Positions 35,274 to 43,762 of a stretch of DNA of 64,000 nt are shown here, in pieces. The position numbers were made by a program, and so were the translations under genes. Source of the DNA: Methyloversatilis sp. (GTDB lineage: Bacteria; Pseudomonadota; Gammaproteobacteria; Burkholderiales; Rhodocyclaceae); assembly GCA_016791045.1 (NCBI GenBank), contig JAEUNO010000019.1, forward strand, positions 137,532-201,531, in the 5' to 3' direction. How positions within the stretch are numbered: position 1 is the stretch's first letter; every line of letters starts with the position of its first letter. The notes under the pieces are model-generated. The model did not search any database, was not told the origin of the DNA, and saw only the letters and a list, made by a program, of their open reading frames with translations.

Positions 35274-36317
35274 TTGAGCACGCGCCAGCGGGTACTGGGA
35301 GCGTGCCGCACACTCGGACTGTTCGCACTTGCGCGCAGACTGACGTCCGGCGGACTGCGCATCTTCTGCTATCACGGCATTTCGCTCGACGACGAGCACG
35401 CATTCCAACCCAAGCTCTTCATGCGGGCCGACACGTTTCGCAGCCGGATGGAGCTGCTGGCAAGCCAGGGTTACGTCGTGATGACGCTGGACGATGCACT
35501 TGCAGCACTCGATCAGAATCGCCTTCCGCCATTTGCGACGGTCATCACCTTCGATGACGGGTGGCTGGGGACCGGGACGCAGGCAGCCCCCATTCTCGCG
35601 CAACTCGGATTTTCTTCGACGCTGTACGTCACGACACACGAAGTGGTCGAGGAGGTACCGGTTCTGAGCGTCGCACTGGCCTACCTGCTGTGGCGCGGTC
35701 GCACCGGCCGGATCGATCTTGGCACATGGTTTCCGGACGAGCCGACACATTCCCTGTCATCGGCGCTGCAACGCGAACAGCTAGCGGAACGCCTGAAATT
35801 GCGACTGAGGAATGAGGCGCGAAGCGGCGTGTTGGCGGCGCTGGAACGGATCGCCGGCCAGGTGGGGGTCGACTGGCCGCTGTTTGAACGTTCATCGATG
35901 ATGCGCCTGATGACCTCCAGCCAGCTTGCATCGCTTGAAGAGCAGGGGATGTCACTTGAACTTCACACCCACACCCATCGCATGCCGTCAGACGAGCGCG
36001 CAGCCGTGGAAGACGAGATAAGAAAGAACCGCGATGTGCTCGTGCCCATCGCGAAGCGGGAACTGTGCCATTTCTGCTATCCGAGCGGCGAATACGATCC
36101 GCGACATTTCGAATGGTTGCGCGCACTGGGCATTCGCAGCGCGACCACCTGCAAGGCAGGATTCACCTACCGGAACACCGAACGCATGGCGCTTCCGCGT
36201 TTCCTCGACGGTCAGAACATCTCGACCGTCGAGTTCGAAGCCGAACTGTCGGGCTTTCTCGAAATCATGCGCAGGCTGCGCGGGCTGATCGCGTCCCGGG
36301 CGGCCCCGGCCCACTGA
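35274..36317 (+). CDS. Polysaccharide deacetylase (NodB-homology) family protein
   Basis: TTG 35274 lies 1 nt after the preceding stop. NodB motifs VITFDDGWLGT and HTHTHRMP. Confidence 0.8.
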   Translation: MSTRQRVLGACRTLGLFALARRLTSGGLRIFCYHGISLDDEHAFQPKLFMRADTFRSRMELLASQGYVVMTLDDALAALDQNRLPPFATVITFDDGWLGTGTQAAPILAQLGFSSTLYVTTHEVVEEVPVLSVALAYLLWRGRTGRIDLGTWFPDEPTHSLSSALQREQLAERLKLRLRNEARSGVLAALERIAGQVGVDWPLFERSSMMRLMTSSQLASLEEQGMSLELHTHTHRMPSDERAAVEDEIRKNRDVLVPIAKRELCHFCYPSGEYDPRHFEWLRALGIRSATTCKAGFTYRNTERMALPRFLDGQNISTVEFEAELSGFLEIMRRLRGLIASRAAPAH

Positions 36318-36333
36318 CCGGGGCTATGGACAG

Positions 36334-36744
36334 TCAATACCCTTTGGGGCTGTAGCTGGGCCCGCTGTCCGGTGTCTCCGCAGGACGGGTGCGGGCGACG
36401 TGCCAGGTGCCGCCCAGACCGTCGCCGCTGGCCTGTCCGGGTTTCACATCGCCGGCGAAGTAGTACAGCGGCTTGCCGCGATGCGCCCATTGCAGGCTGC
36501 CATCGTCGCGGCGCAACAGCGGGAAGGCCGGTTTCGCCGAGGCATCGGGCGGCGCGGCATACGGCGGCCACTGCACGGCACACTCATCCTTGCAGGCGCT
36601 TGCGCCCGCGCTGTCGCGATCGAACGTGTACAGCACCCGGCCGGCCGGGTCGGTCAGCCGTCCGTCTGCGCCCTCGACCGGCTGCGCCAGCGCTGTCGGG
36701 CTGCTCGCCAAAATGACGATGCACAGCATGCCTCTCGATAACAT
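36334..36744 (-). CDS. Secreted COG4315-type protein (repeat with Yx(FWY)xxD motif)
   Basis: 136 aa. Signal MLSRGMLCIVILASSPTALAQP. Duplicated GRVLYTFDRD / GKPLYYFAGD motifs and ECAVQWPP. Confidence 0.8.
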   Translation of the reverse strand: MLSRGMLCIVILASSPTALAQPVEGADGRLTDPAGRVLYTFDRDSAGASACKDECAVQWPPYAAPPDASAKPAFPLLRRDDGSLQWAHRGKPLYYFAGDVKPGQASGDGLGGTWHVARTRPAETPDSGPSYSPKGY

Positions 36745-36768
36745 GTCGATCTCCCGGTCAGTGACTGG

Positions 36769-36790
36769 GCGCAGGCACGCGTGCCTGCGC
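36769..36790. repeat. 22-bp perfect palindrome in a divergent promoter region
   Basis: GCGCAGGCACGCGTGCCTGCGC equals its own reverse complement. Lies between the lipoprotein gene (start 36744) and the first PilZ-motif gene (start 36902). Confidence 0.9.
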
Positions 36791-36901
36791 GGGTTGCGAT
36801 GCCGCGATCGGTCAAAAAAAGCGCGCGATCAACGCGGGTGCGCGCACGCAAACAGCGGCACGCACATAGAATCAGGTATCGGTATCCGCTGCAAGATCGC
36901 A

Positions 36902-38452
36902 ATGCACCCGTTCGCCCTGCCTGCCACCGCACTGACGCACCCGCCCGAGCTCGCCACGGCCCGGGCGGCGCGCGACTGGCTGCTGCAGCTCGACGGCACT
37001 CAGCCGCTGAATGCGCAGGCCAGCCTGCTCGGCCAGATCAACCTGCTGAACCGGTATCGCATGACCGCGGGCGAGCGATTGCGCGTGATCGAAGAGTTGC
37101 GCGATGCCGTGCTGCACGCGCAAGCCGGCGCGTCGAGCCGCTTTGCAGGGCGGCCGCTGCCGCTGTCGGGCGGCGAGCGCGCCGCCTTCGATGCCAATCA
37201 GGCGATGTGGGATGCGCTGGCGACATCGTACCTGCATTGCCTCGCCGCCGCGCTCGATGGCGACGGTGGCGTCGCCGGGCAGGTCGGACTGATCGCACAC
37301 CGCGCGCTGAGCGCGCTGTCGCAGATGCAGCTCGACGCACTGCGCGCCGCCCATCTGCCGCCGTCCGGCTACTGGCGGCGCACGCATGCCTGCTACGAGG
37401 CGGCGGAAAAGCTCGGGGCGGCCGAACGCAAGATCCAGGACGACACGCTGAACGACGAACGCCCCACCAGCGTGCGCGCCGCCTATGTGCTGTGCGTGCT
37501 GATGCACACCGCCAGCCCGTTCGGCCTGACGCACCGCCAGCTGCGCATGCTGCACCGCTGGCTCGGCAAGTGGTCGGGCAAGGTGGCACTGCTCGACAGC
37601 GCGATCCACCAGTGTGCGCTGCCGCCACTGATGCTCGACCTGTCGAGCGATGAGGCGATCGCGCGTGCCGCACAGCGTGAGAGCTCGCTGCGCTGGCTGG
37701 TGCTGGACGAGTTTTCGCACGGCATCCGCAAACGCCTGGGATTGCTTGCGCAGGGTGAAACGCCGGTCGCGCTGCGTCTGGGCGACGAGCTGAGCCCGGC
37801 CCAGGCAGACCGGCTGCTGCGCCATCTGCATACGCACTGCTGCCGCGGCGGCCTGACGCGTGCCGAACCCAGGCGGCCGCTGCAGCAGAACGCATCGGTC
37901 GTGGTCGGCATGCTGGCCGTGCAGCAGTTTCTTGGCGGCGGCACCCCGGCGCTCGACGCCGTGCAATCGGCCGGTCCGCCGGTCACCACTGCCACCGGGT
38001 ATCTGGTGGAGGACTGGCGCATCCTTGATGACAGTGCCACTGGTCTGCGGCTGGGTCGTCGCATCGGCGGCGACGGCATGCGCGTCAGCAACGGCATGCT
38101 GCTGGCGGTACGGCCGGACAATGCCCCGCAGTTCATGCTTGCCCACATCTGCTGGGTCATGGCAAACGGCATCGAACTGCAGATCGGCATCAGCCTGCTT
38201 GCCGGCACGCCCCAGCCGGTCGGACTCGCCCGCGCGCCCGACGGCCAGGGCGAACATCAGGGACACGGGCTGCTGATGCCTGCGGTCGAGCGCATCGGCC
38301 AGCCGGAATGCGTCGCGCTGCCCTCAGGCTGGTATCGCAAGTCACGCGACATCCTGCTGTCAGGTGATGCAGGCCGGCGGCGTGTACGGCTGGTTGAATC
38401 GCTGGAACGCGGCGCCGATTTCGACCTCGCCCGCATCGAGCCGGCAGCATGA
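36902..38452 (+). CDS. Large uncharacterised protein with a C-terminal PilZ-like module (paralogue 1)
   Basis: 516 aa from ATG 36902. RAEPRR (RxxxR, nt 37859-37873) followed by the beta-strand-like VVVGM. ILDDSATGLRL (DxSxxG, nt 38027-38044). The track ORF start at 36473 is an extension. Confidence 0.7.
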   Translation: MHPFALPATALTHPPELATARAARDWLLQLDGTQPLNAQASLLGQINLLNRYRMTAGERLRVIEELRDAVLHAQAGASSRFAGRPLPLSGGERAAFDANQAMWDALATSYLHCLAAALDGDGGVAGQVGLIAHRALSALSQMQLDALRAAHLPPSGYWRRTHACYEAAEKLGAAERKIQDDTLNDERPTSVRAAYVLCVLMHTASPFGLTHRQLRMLHRWLGKWSGKVALLDSAIHQCALPPLMLDLSSDEAIARAAQRESSLRWLVLDEFSHGIRKRLGLLAQGETPVALRLGDELSPAQADRLLRHLHTHCCRGGLTRAEPRRPLQQNASVVVGMLAVQQFLGGGTPALDAVQSAGPPVTTATGYLVEDWRILDDSATGLRLGRRIGGDGMRVSNGMLLAVRPDNAPQFMLAHICWVMANGIELQIGISLLAGTPQPVGLARAPDGQGEHQGHGLLMPAVERIGQPECVALPSGWYRKSRDILLSGDAGRRRVRLVESLERGADFDLARIEPAA

Positions 38453-40062
38453 CCGACGTTCCACCTCTGCCCGGCACGCTGAATTACCGCGACGCTCGCC
38501 AGTGCAAGGCATTGATCGCGGAATTGCCGCTGACCAATGTGCCGCGGGTACGCGATACGCTGACCCGGATGCTGTACGGCCTGCGGCAGACGCCACCGCG
38601 CAGTCCGGATTACCTCGACGTGCTCGAAGCCATGCGCGCACCGCTGCATTTCCTGCAGGAAAGCCTGGCGGTGCGCTACGGCAGCCGGCCGGTGATTCCG
38701 GGCGGCGCCGAAGACCCGGTGCTGCGCCAGGTCGTTGCCCTGTGGCTGGGCATGGCGCAGGCGTATGCGCAGGCGGCCGAGCAGACCGGCGTGCACCCGC
38801 TGTCCGATACGCAACTTGCGCTGGTCTGCCAGCGCTGCGTGCTGTATGCCGGCCGGGCGGTGATCGAATATTTCCGGGCCCGGCGGACCATCCCGCGCGG
38901 CATGTGGCTCGAACTGCACGGCTACTTCAGCACGGCCGACGAATGGGGATTCGCGACGCAGCCGGTGGCCGACAGCCTGAAGGAAGGCGGCTATCCCCAG
39001 AGCGCAGCCGAGTCCTACTGCTGCGTGCTGCTGATCGACCTGTCCAACCCGTATGGCCGCAGCCCGCGCGAGTTCGAATGGGTCTGCCGCTGGGCCGACC
39101 AGTACGCGAGCCTGACCGAAATCATGCCGGTGTTCGGCGGCACCGACGCCAAGACCTATGCCATCGACCTGAATCGCGACAACGGCGCCAAGCCGCTGGA
39201 GGTCTTCCCCCGTACGCCATCGCTGCGCCGGCTCGGTTCGGCCCGGCTGGCCAGCGAGATCGAGCGCGTCGTGGCGGGGCTCAAACAGGGTCTGTCACCG
39301 GAACATCTCGGTCTGGGCGCCGATTGCCATCCTGTTTCGGCAGGCCGCCTGCTGTTGCTGCTTTACAAGCCGTGGTGCCACGCGGCCAATCCGCGCCGCT
39401 TCCAGCGGCGGGTCGGCGCGGGCGACATCGATATCGCACTCGGCTTCGAAGCCATGCACTTCCTGATCAGCGGCAGCGAGTTCGTGCAGCCACCACCGGC
39501 ACGCATCTACAGCCACAGCGACTTCATCGATATCGCCACCTTCGGCGAACGCGCCCACGATGGCGCCGGTCTGGCGGTCAGGCAGGCCAGCGCGCGGGCC
39601 CACTATCCGACCCAGCGCTGGGCCATGCTCGACCACAGCGTGATGGGTTATCGCCTGCGCGCGCCACCGGACACCGGCCCGGTCGAGCACGCACAGATCG
39701 TTGCCGTGTTCGGCCCGGACGCAGAGCACTGGCGACTCGCGCGCGTGTCCTGGTTGATGGTCGAAGCCGACGCCCGCCTGCTGGTCGGACTGCATGTGCT
39801 GCCCGGCACGCCACGTGCCATTGCGATACGGCCTAAGGCCGAAGAGGGCGCGCCGGCCGAGCGCTTCGTTCGCGCCTTCCTGCTGCCGTCCGTACAGGTG
39901 ATGGGCGAGGAGGCGACACTGGTCCTGCCGCGCGGCTGGTTCCAGCAGGACCGTACGCTGGAAATCTATCTGAACGACAACTTGCTCGGCGTGACGCTTA
40001 CGCGGCTGAATACCTTCGGCATCAACTACGAACGGGTGGCCTTCAGCGAACTGACTAAGTAG
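38449..40062 (+). CDS. Large uncharacterised protein with a C-terminal PilZ-like module (paralogue 2)
   Basis: 537 aa. ATGA overlap with paralogue 1. RRFQRR (nt 39394-39411) followed by DIDIALGF. MLDHSVMGYRL (DxSxxG, nt 39631-39648). Same overall layout as the upstream gene. Confidence 0.7.
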   Translation: MTDVPPLPGTLNYRDARQCKALIAELPLTNVPRVRDTLTRMLYGLRQTPPRSPDYLDVLEAMRAPLHFLQESLAVRYGSRPVIPGGAEDPVLRQVVALWLGMAQAYAQAAEQTGVHPLSDTQLALVCQRCVLYAGRAVIEYFRARRTIPRGMWLELHGYFSTADEWGFATQPVADSLKEGGYPQSAAESYCCVLLIDLSNPYGRSPREFEWVCRWADQYASLTEIMPVFGGTDAKTYAIDLNRDNGAKPLEVFPRTPSLRRLGSARLASEIERVVAGLKQGLSPEHLGLGADCHPVSAGRLLLLLYKPWCHAANPRRFQRRVGAGDIDIALGFEAMHFLISGSEFVQPPPARIYSHSDFIDIATFGERAHDGAGLAVRQASARAHYPTQRWAMLDHSVMGYRLRAPPDTGPVEHAQIVAVFGPDAEHWRLARVSWLMVEADARLLVGLHVLPGTPRAIAIRPKAEEGAPAERFVRAFLLPSVQVMGEEATLVLPRGWFQQDRTLEIYLNDNLLGVTLTRLNTFGINYERVAFSELTK

Positions 40063-40090
40063 CTGGCTGGGAGGTGGCTGTGGGAGCGGC

Positions 40091-40150
40091 GGCCTCGCCG
40101 CGATCAGTGCCGCGATGGTCGCACTGCAGAATGCGGATCGCGGCGAGGGC
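40091..40150. repeat. REP-like extragenic palindromic element
   Basis: GGCCTCGCCGCGATC (40091-40105) pairs with GATCGCGGCGAGGGC (40136-40150), 14 of 15 positions. Preceded by CTGTGGGAGCGGC, reminiscent of pseudomonad-type REP heads. Lies between convergent genes. Confidence 0.6.
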
Positions 40151-40234
40151 GTTGCGGGGTTTCGCCGAACATCGGCCTCGGCCCGCATGGCCGACCGCCG
40201 ATGCGGGATCTGCCGTGGCTGATCCCTGCAAAAC

Positions 40235-41554
40235 CTAGGCGGCCACCGCCTGCGCCGGCCTCAGTGTGCGCCGGGCCGGAAAGCGAACGGTGAAGCAGCT
40301 GCCCTTGCCCGGTTCGCTGACGACATTCAGCGTCGCCTGATGGCGCTCGAGCACATGCTTGACGATGGCAAGGCCCAGGCCGGTGCCGCCGGTTTCGCGC
40401 GACCGACCGCGATCGACGCGGTAAAAGCGCTCGGTCAGGCGCGGAATGTGCTGCGCGTCGATGCCGATCCCGTTGTCTTCGACCGAAAACACGCCGCAGC
40501 CGTCGACCACCGTCCAGCCCAGTCGCACCCGACCGCCGTCCGGCGTGTAGCGCACCGCGTTGCTGGCCAGATTGCCAAGCGCGCTGCGCAAGTCGCGCGC
40601 GCAGCCGGTGAGCGCGCCCGGCGGGCTGTCCAGTTCGAGCAGCACCTCGTGCCGCCCGCCTGACAGCGCACGTGTTTCGATCATCACGATATCGAGCAGA
40701 TTGCGCATGTCGACCGCCTCTTCCGGCATCGGCGCATCGGTTTCCAGCGCCGACAGCGTCAGCAGGTCGTCAACCAGGCGCTGCATGCGCACCGACTGCT
40801 GCTGCGCCATCGCAATGAAAGACAGCGCCTGCTCGTGCGGCAGTTCGGGCAGCGCGTCCTCCAGCGTTTCGAGGAAACCGTGAATCACCGTCAACGGCGT
40901 CTTCATTTCGTGGGACACATTGGCAACGAAATCGCGCCGCATCGTTTCGAGCTTTTCGAGTTGCGTGATGTCGCGCGACAGCAGCAGCTTCTGCTCGTCG
41001 CCGAAGGCCACCACCCGGATCTGCAGCGTACGGCCCGGCTGGCGCGGCGAAGGCATCGACAGCGGCTCGGCATACTCACCCGATTGCAGGTACCCGGCGA
41101 ACTCCGGCTGACGCAGCAGGTTCAGCAGCGGACTGCCGATATCGCGTTGCCCGTCGAGTCCGAGATGCTGCTCGGCCATCGGATTGAGCCACTCGATCAC
41201 CTCGTCGCGCGACATGATCAACGTGCCGTCCGGCATTGCACGGCTGGCTTCGCGCATGCGCTCGAGCCGGCTGCGCAGGTCTTCGCGCAACTGTCGAGCG
41301 TTGCGCTCGCGCCTCGCCAGCTTGGCGAACAGGAATTCCCACTGACCGGCGCCATCGGGCAGCGCGGTATCGACAGTCGAGTTGAGCCAGTGGTCGAAGC
41401 GGCCGATTTCGTACTGGTCGCGCAGGCTCCCCGCCAGCAGCAGCGCCACCGCCAGCGCCAAACCGAACACGAGCGACCCGGCGATCAACCCGGTCAGCAC
41501 GCAGGCGCCGACCAGCAGTGCACGCAGCAGGACGCGAAACCAGAACTCACGCAT
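40235..41554 (-). CDS. phoR: Phosphate regulon sensor histidine kinase PhoR
   Basis: 439 aa. N-terminal TM pair, PAS-like segment, H-box FVANVSHEMKTPLT, and GTGLGLAIVKH. Confidence 0.92.
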   Translation of the reverse strand: MREFWFRVLLRALLVGACVLTGLIAGSLVFGLALAVALLLAGSLRDQYEIGRFDHWLNSTVDTALPDGAGQWEFLFAKLARRERNARQLREDLRSRLERMREASRAMPDGTLIMSRDEVIEWLNPMAEQHLGLDGQRDIGSPLLNLLRQPEFAGYLQSGEYAEPLSMPSPRQPGRTLQIRVVAFGDEQKLLLSRDITQLEKLETMRRDFVANVSHEMKTPLTVIHGFLETLEDALPELPHEQALSFIAMAQQQSVRMQRLVDDLLTLSALETDAPMPEEAVDMRNLLDIVMIETRALSGGRHEVLLELDSPPGALTGCARDLRSALGNLASNAVRYTPDGGRVRLGWTVVDGCGVFSVEDNGIGIDAQHIPRLTERFYRVDRGRSRETGGTGLGLAIVKHVLERHQATLNVVSEPGKGSCFTVRFPARRTLRPAQAVAA

Positions 41555-41590
41555 GGCGGGATGATCCGTTCATTTGCGGATTATCGCGCG

Positions 41591-42280
41591 CTATTCCTTC
41601 TGGCAGGACAGTCTGTAGCCGCTGCCGCGCACGGTCTGGATCAGCGCGTCATGGCCGCTCGCTTCAAGCACGCTGCGCAGGCGACGGATATGGACATCGA
41701 CGGTACGCTCCTCGACGAACACGTGATCGCCCCACACGCTGTCGAGCAGCTGGGCACGCGAATGCACACGCTCGGCGTGCGTCATGAAGAAGTGGAGCAG
41801 GCGGAATTCGGTCGGGCCCAGCATGACGGCCGCGCCGCGCGCCGTGACACGATGGGTCGCGGGGTCGAGGCGCAACCCTTCGATCTCGACCGGGTCTTCG
41901 GTGGCCTGCGGCTTCTGGCGGCGCAGCACCGCCTTGATGCGGGCAGCCAGTTCGCGCGGCGAAAAAGGCTTGGTGACGTAATCATCGGCACCGGTTTCCA
42001 GTCCGGTCACCTTGGACTGTTCGTCACCGCGCGCGGTCAGCATGATGATGGGCACACCGCGCGTACGTTCATCGCTGCGCAACCTGCGTGCAAGATCAAT
42101 GCCGCTTTGCCCGGGCAACATCCAGTCGAGCAGCACCAGATCGGGCAGTTCGGCCTGCATCAGCCGCAGCGCGGTTTCGGCGTCGAGCGCGCGCAGCGGA
42201 TCGTGGCCGGTGCGCGTGAGGGTCACGCTGATCAGTTCCTGAATGGACGGTTCGTCCTCGACAACGAGTATGCGGGCCAT
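41591..42280 (-). CDS. phoB: Phosphate regulon response regulator PhoB
   Basis: 229 aa. ILVVEDEPSIQELI, DLVLLDWMLPGQSG, and an OmpR-type winged-helix C-terminus. Confidence 0.95.
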   Translation of the reverse strand: MARILVVEDEPSIQELISVTLTRTGHDPLRALDAETALRLMQAELPDLVLLDWMLPGQSGIDLARRLRSDERTRGVPIIMLTARGDEQSKVTGLETGADDYVTKPFSPRELAARIKAVLRRQKPQATEDPVEIEGLRLDPATHRVTARGAAVMLGPTEFRLLHFFMTHAERVHSRAQLLDSVWGDHVFVEERTVDVHIRRLRSVLEASGHDALIQTVRGSGYRLSCQKE

Positions 42281-42321
42281 GACGATGAAGGTCGTTCCGG
42301 TGATGGATCGCTGCGAAGTCT

Positions 42322-42350
42322 ATTTCAGTACGATGACGATTTAGTGACAG
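42322..42350 (-). promoter_or_regulatory. Pho box upstream of phoB (autoregulation)
   Basis: The minus strand reads CTGTCAC-TAAA-TCGTCAT-CGTA-CTGAAAT, 7-nt repeats in 11-bp phase (consensus CTGTCAT). A TAGACT -10-like hexamer lies 10 nt after the second repeat. Confidence 0.55.
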
Positions 42351-42424
42351 CACCGGCCGGCTGCATGCGCGTCTGCAGGGCGGTGCGGGCGGACGCGCGG
42401 TATCATCATGATCCTTCGCATCGA

Positions 42425-42874
42425 ATGCAGAACATCATGGCCGGTCTGGACAAGGACACCCCGATTCCCACGGAAATAAAAGTGCAGCAGAAATCGAAGC
42501 TGATGGACGTCAGTTTCGACAACGGCCGGCACTTCAGCTTCAGCTTCGAGTTTCTTCGCGTGTGCTCGCCATCGGCCGAGGTGCGTGGCCACGGTCCGGG
42601 TCAGGAAACGCTGCAGGTCGGCAAGCGCGACATCGACATCACGCGCGTCGAGCCGGTCGGCTCCTATGCGGTGAAGCCGGTGTTTTCCGACGGCCACGAC
42701 AGCGGTATCTACTCCTGGGACTATCTGTATCTGCTGGGCGAGAACCAGGAAGCACTGTGGTCCGACTATCTGGCCCGCCTCGATGCGGCCGGCGCCAGCC
42801 GCGACCCCGCGCTGACGCCGCCGCCCGCAGCCAAGGGCGGTTGCGGCACCGGCGGTTGCGGCCACTCTCACTGA
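42425..42874 (+). CDS. DUF971 (gamma-butyrobetaine hydroxylase-like N-terminal domain) protein
   Basis: [18 protein letters not shown]...[25 protein letters not shown]. Start is ATG 42425 or 42437. The track ORF from 40835 is an antisense extension over phoRB. Usual position upstream of ubiE. Confidence 0.8.
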   Translation: MQNIMAGLDKDTPIPTEIKVQQKSKLMDVSFDNGRHFSFSFEFLRVCSPSAEVRGHGPGQETLQVGKRDIDITRVEPVGSYAVKPVFSDGHDSGIYSWDYLYLLGENQEALWSDYLARLDAAGASRDPALTPPPAAKGGCGTGGCGHSH

Positions 42875-42881
42875 GCGAAGC

Positions 42882-43619
42882 ATGAGCGAACCGTCCACCG
42901 ATTTCGGATTCGAGCGCGTCGCCGAAGCGGCGAAGGCGAAGCGCGTCTCCAGCGTGTTTTCGTCCGTCGCGCGGCGTTACGACATCATGAACGACCTGAT
43001 GTCCGGCGGCCTGCACCGCAGCTGGAAGGCCTTCGCCATCCAGATGGCCGGCGTGCGTCCGGGCCAGCGCGTGCTCGACGTGGCCGCCGGCACCGGAGAC
43101 CTGACCATTGCACATGCCAGGCGTGCCGGCGAAACCGGCGAGGTATGGCACACAGACATCAATCCGGACATGCTGCGCGAAGGCCGTGACCGGCTCACGA
43201 ATGCCGGCCTGCTGCTGCCCAGCCTGCTGTGTGACGCCGAGAAGCTGCCATTCCCGGACAACCATTTCGATTGCGTCACGGTTGCCTTCGGTCTGCGCAA
43301 CATGACGCACAAGGATCGCGCGCTGGCCGAGTTCCGGCGCGTGCTCAAGCCGGGCGGCCGCGCGCTGGTGCTGGAGTTTTCGCGCGTTGCCAAGCCGCTG
43401 GAGAAGGTGTACGACCTGTATTCGTTCAAGGTCCTGCCCTGGCTGGGCCGGCAGGTGGCGAAGGACGAAGCCAGCTACCGCTATCTGGCCGAATCGATCC
43501 GCATGCACCCCGACCAGGACACACTGGCGGGAATGATGCGCGACGCCGGTCTGGGCCGGGTCGAATACTTCAACCTGAATGCCGGTGTGGTCGCGCTGCA
43601 CCGGGGCTTCAAGCTCTGA
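42882..43619 (+). CDS. ubiE: Ubiquinone/menaquinone biosynthesis C-methyltransferase UbiE
   Basis: 245 aa. [17 protein letters not shown] and SAM motif [11 protein letters not shown]. Confidence 0.95.
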   Translation: MSEPSTDFGFERVAEAAKAKRVSSVFSSVARRYDIMNDLMSGGLHRSWKAFAIQMAGVRPGQRVLDVAAGTGDLTIAHARRAGETGEVWHTDINPDMLREGRDRLTNAGLLLPSLLCDAEKLPFPDNHFDCVTVAFGLRNMTHKDRALAEFRRVLKPGGRALVLEFSRVAKPLEKVYDLYSFKVLPWLGRQVAKDEASYRYLAESIRMHPDQDTLAGMMRDAGLGRVEYFNLNAGVVALHRGFKL

Positions 43620-43762
43620 ACGCCTGCACGCCCGCCGCCACCCGTCGTGAATGAACAGAACCTTCCGCATAGTCCGCGGTCTGTTAGTGTGCTAATTTTT
43701 TGGGCGATGGTCCGGAAGCCGGAACGCTGCCGTTTTCACGCCTTACCCGAGGAGACAACAGA

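Noticed and set aside
36872-38266. 464-aa minus-strand ORF antisense to the first PilZ-motif gene (similar cases at 43736-45373, 49170-51386, 55715-57613 and 58037-59752)
   Set aside because: All of these lie opposite genes with stronger evidence (motifs, SD-linked starts, operon coupling, atp or ubi homology), and all have low-complexity Arg/Ala/Gly/His-rich products.
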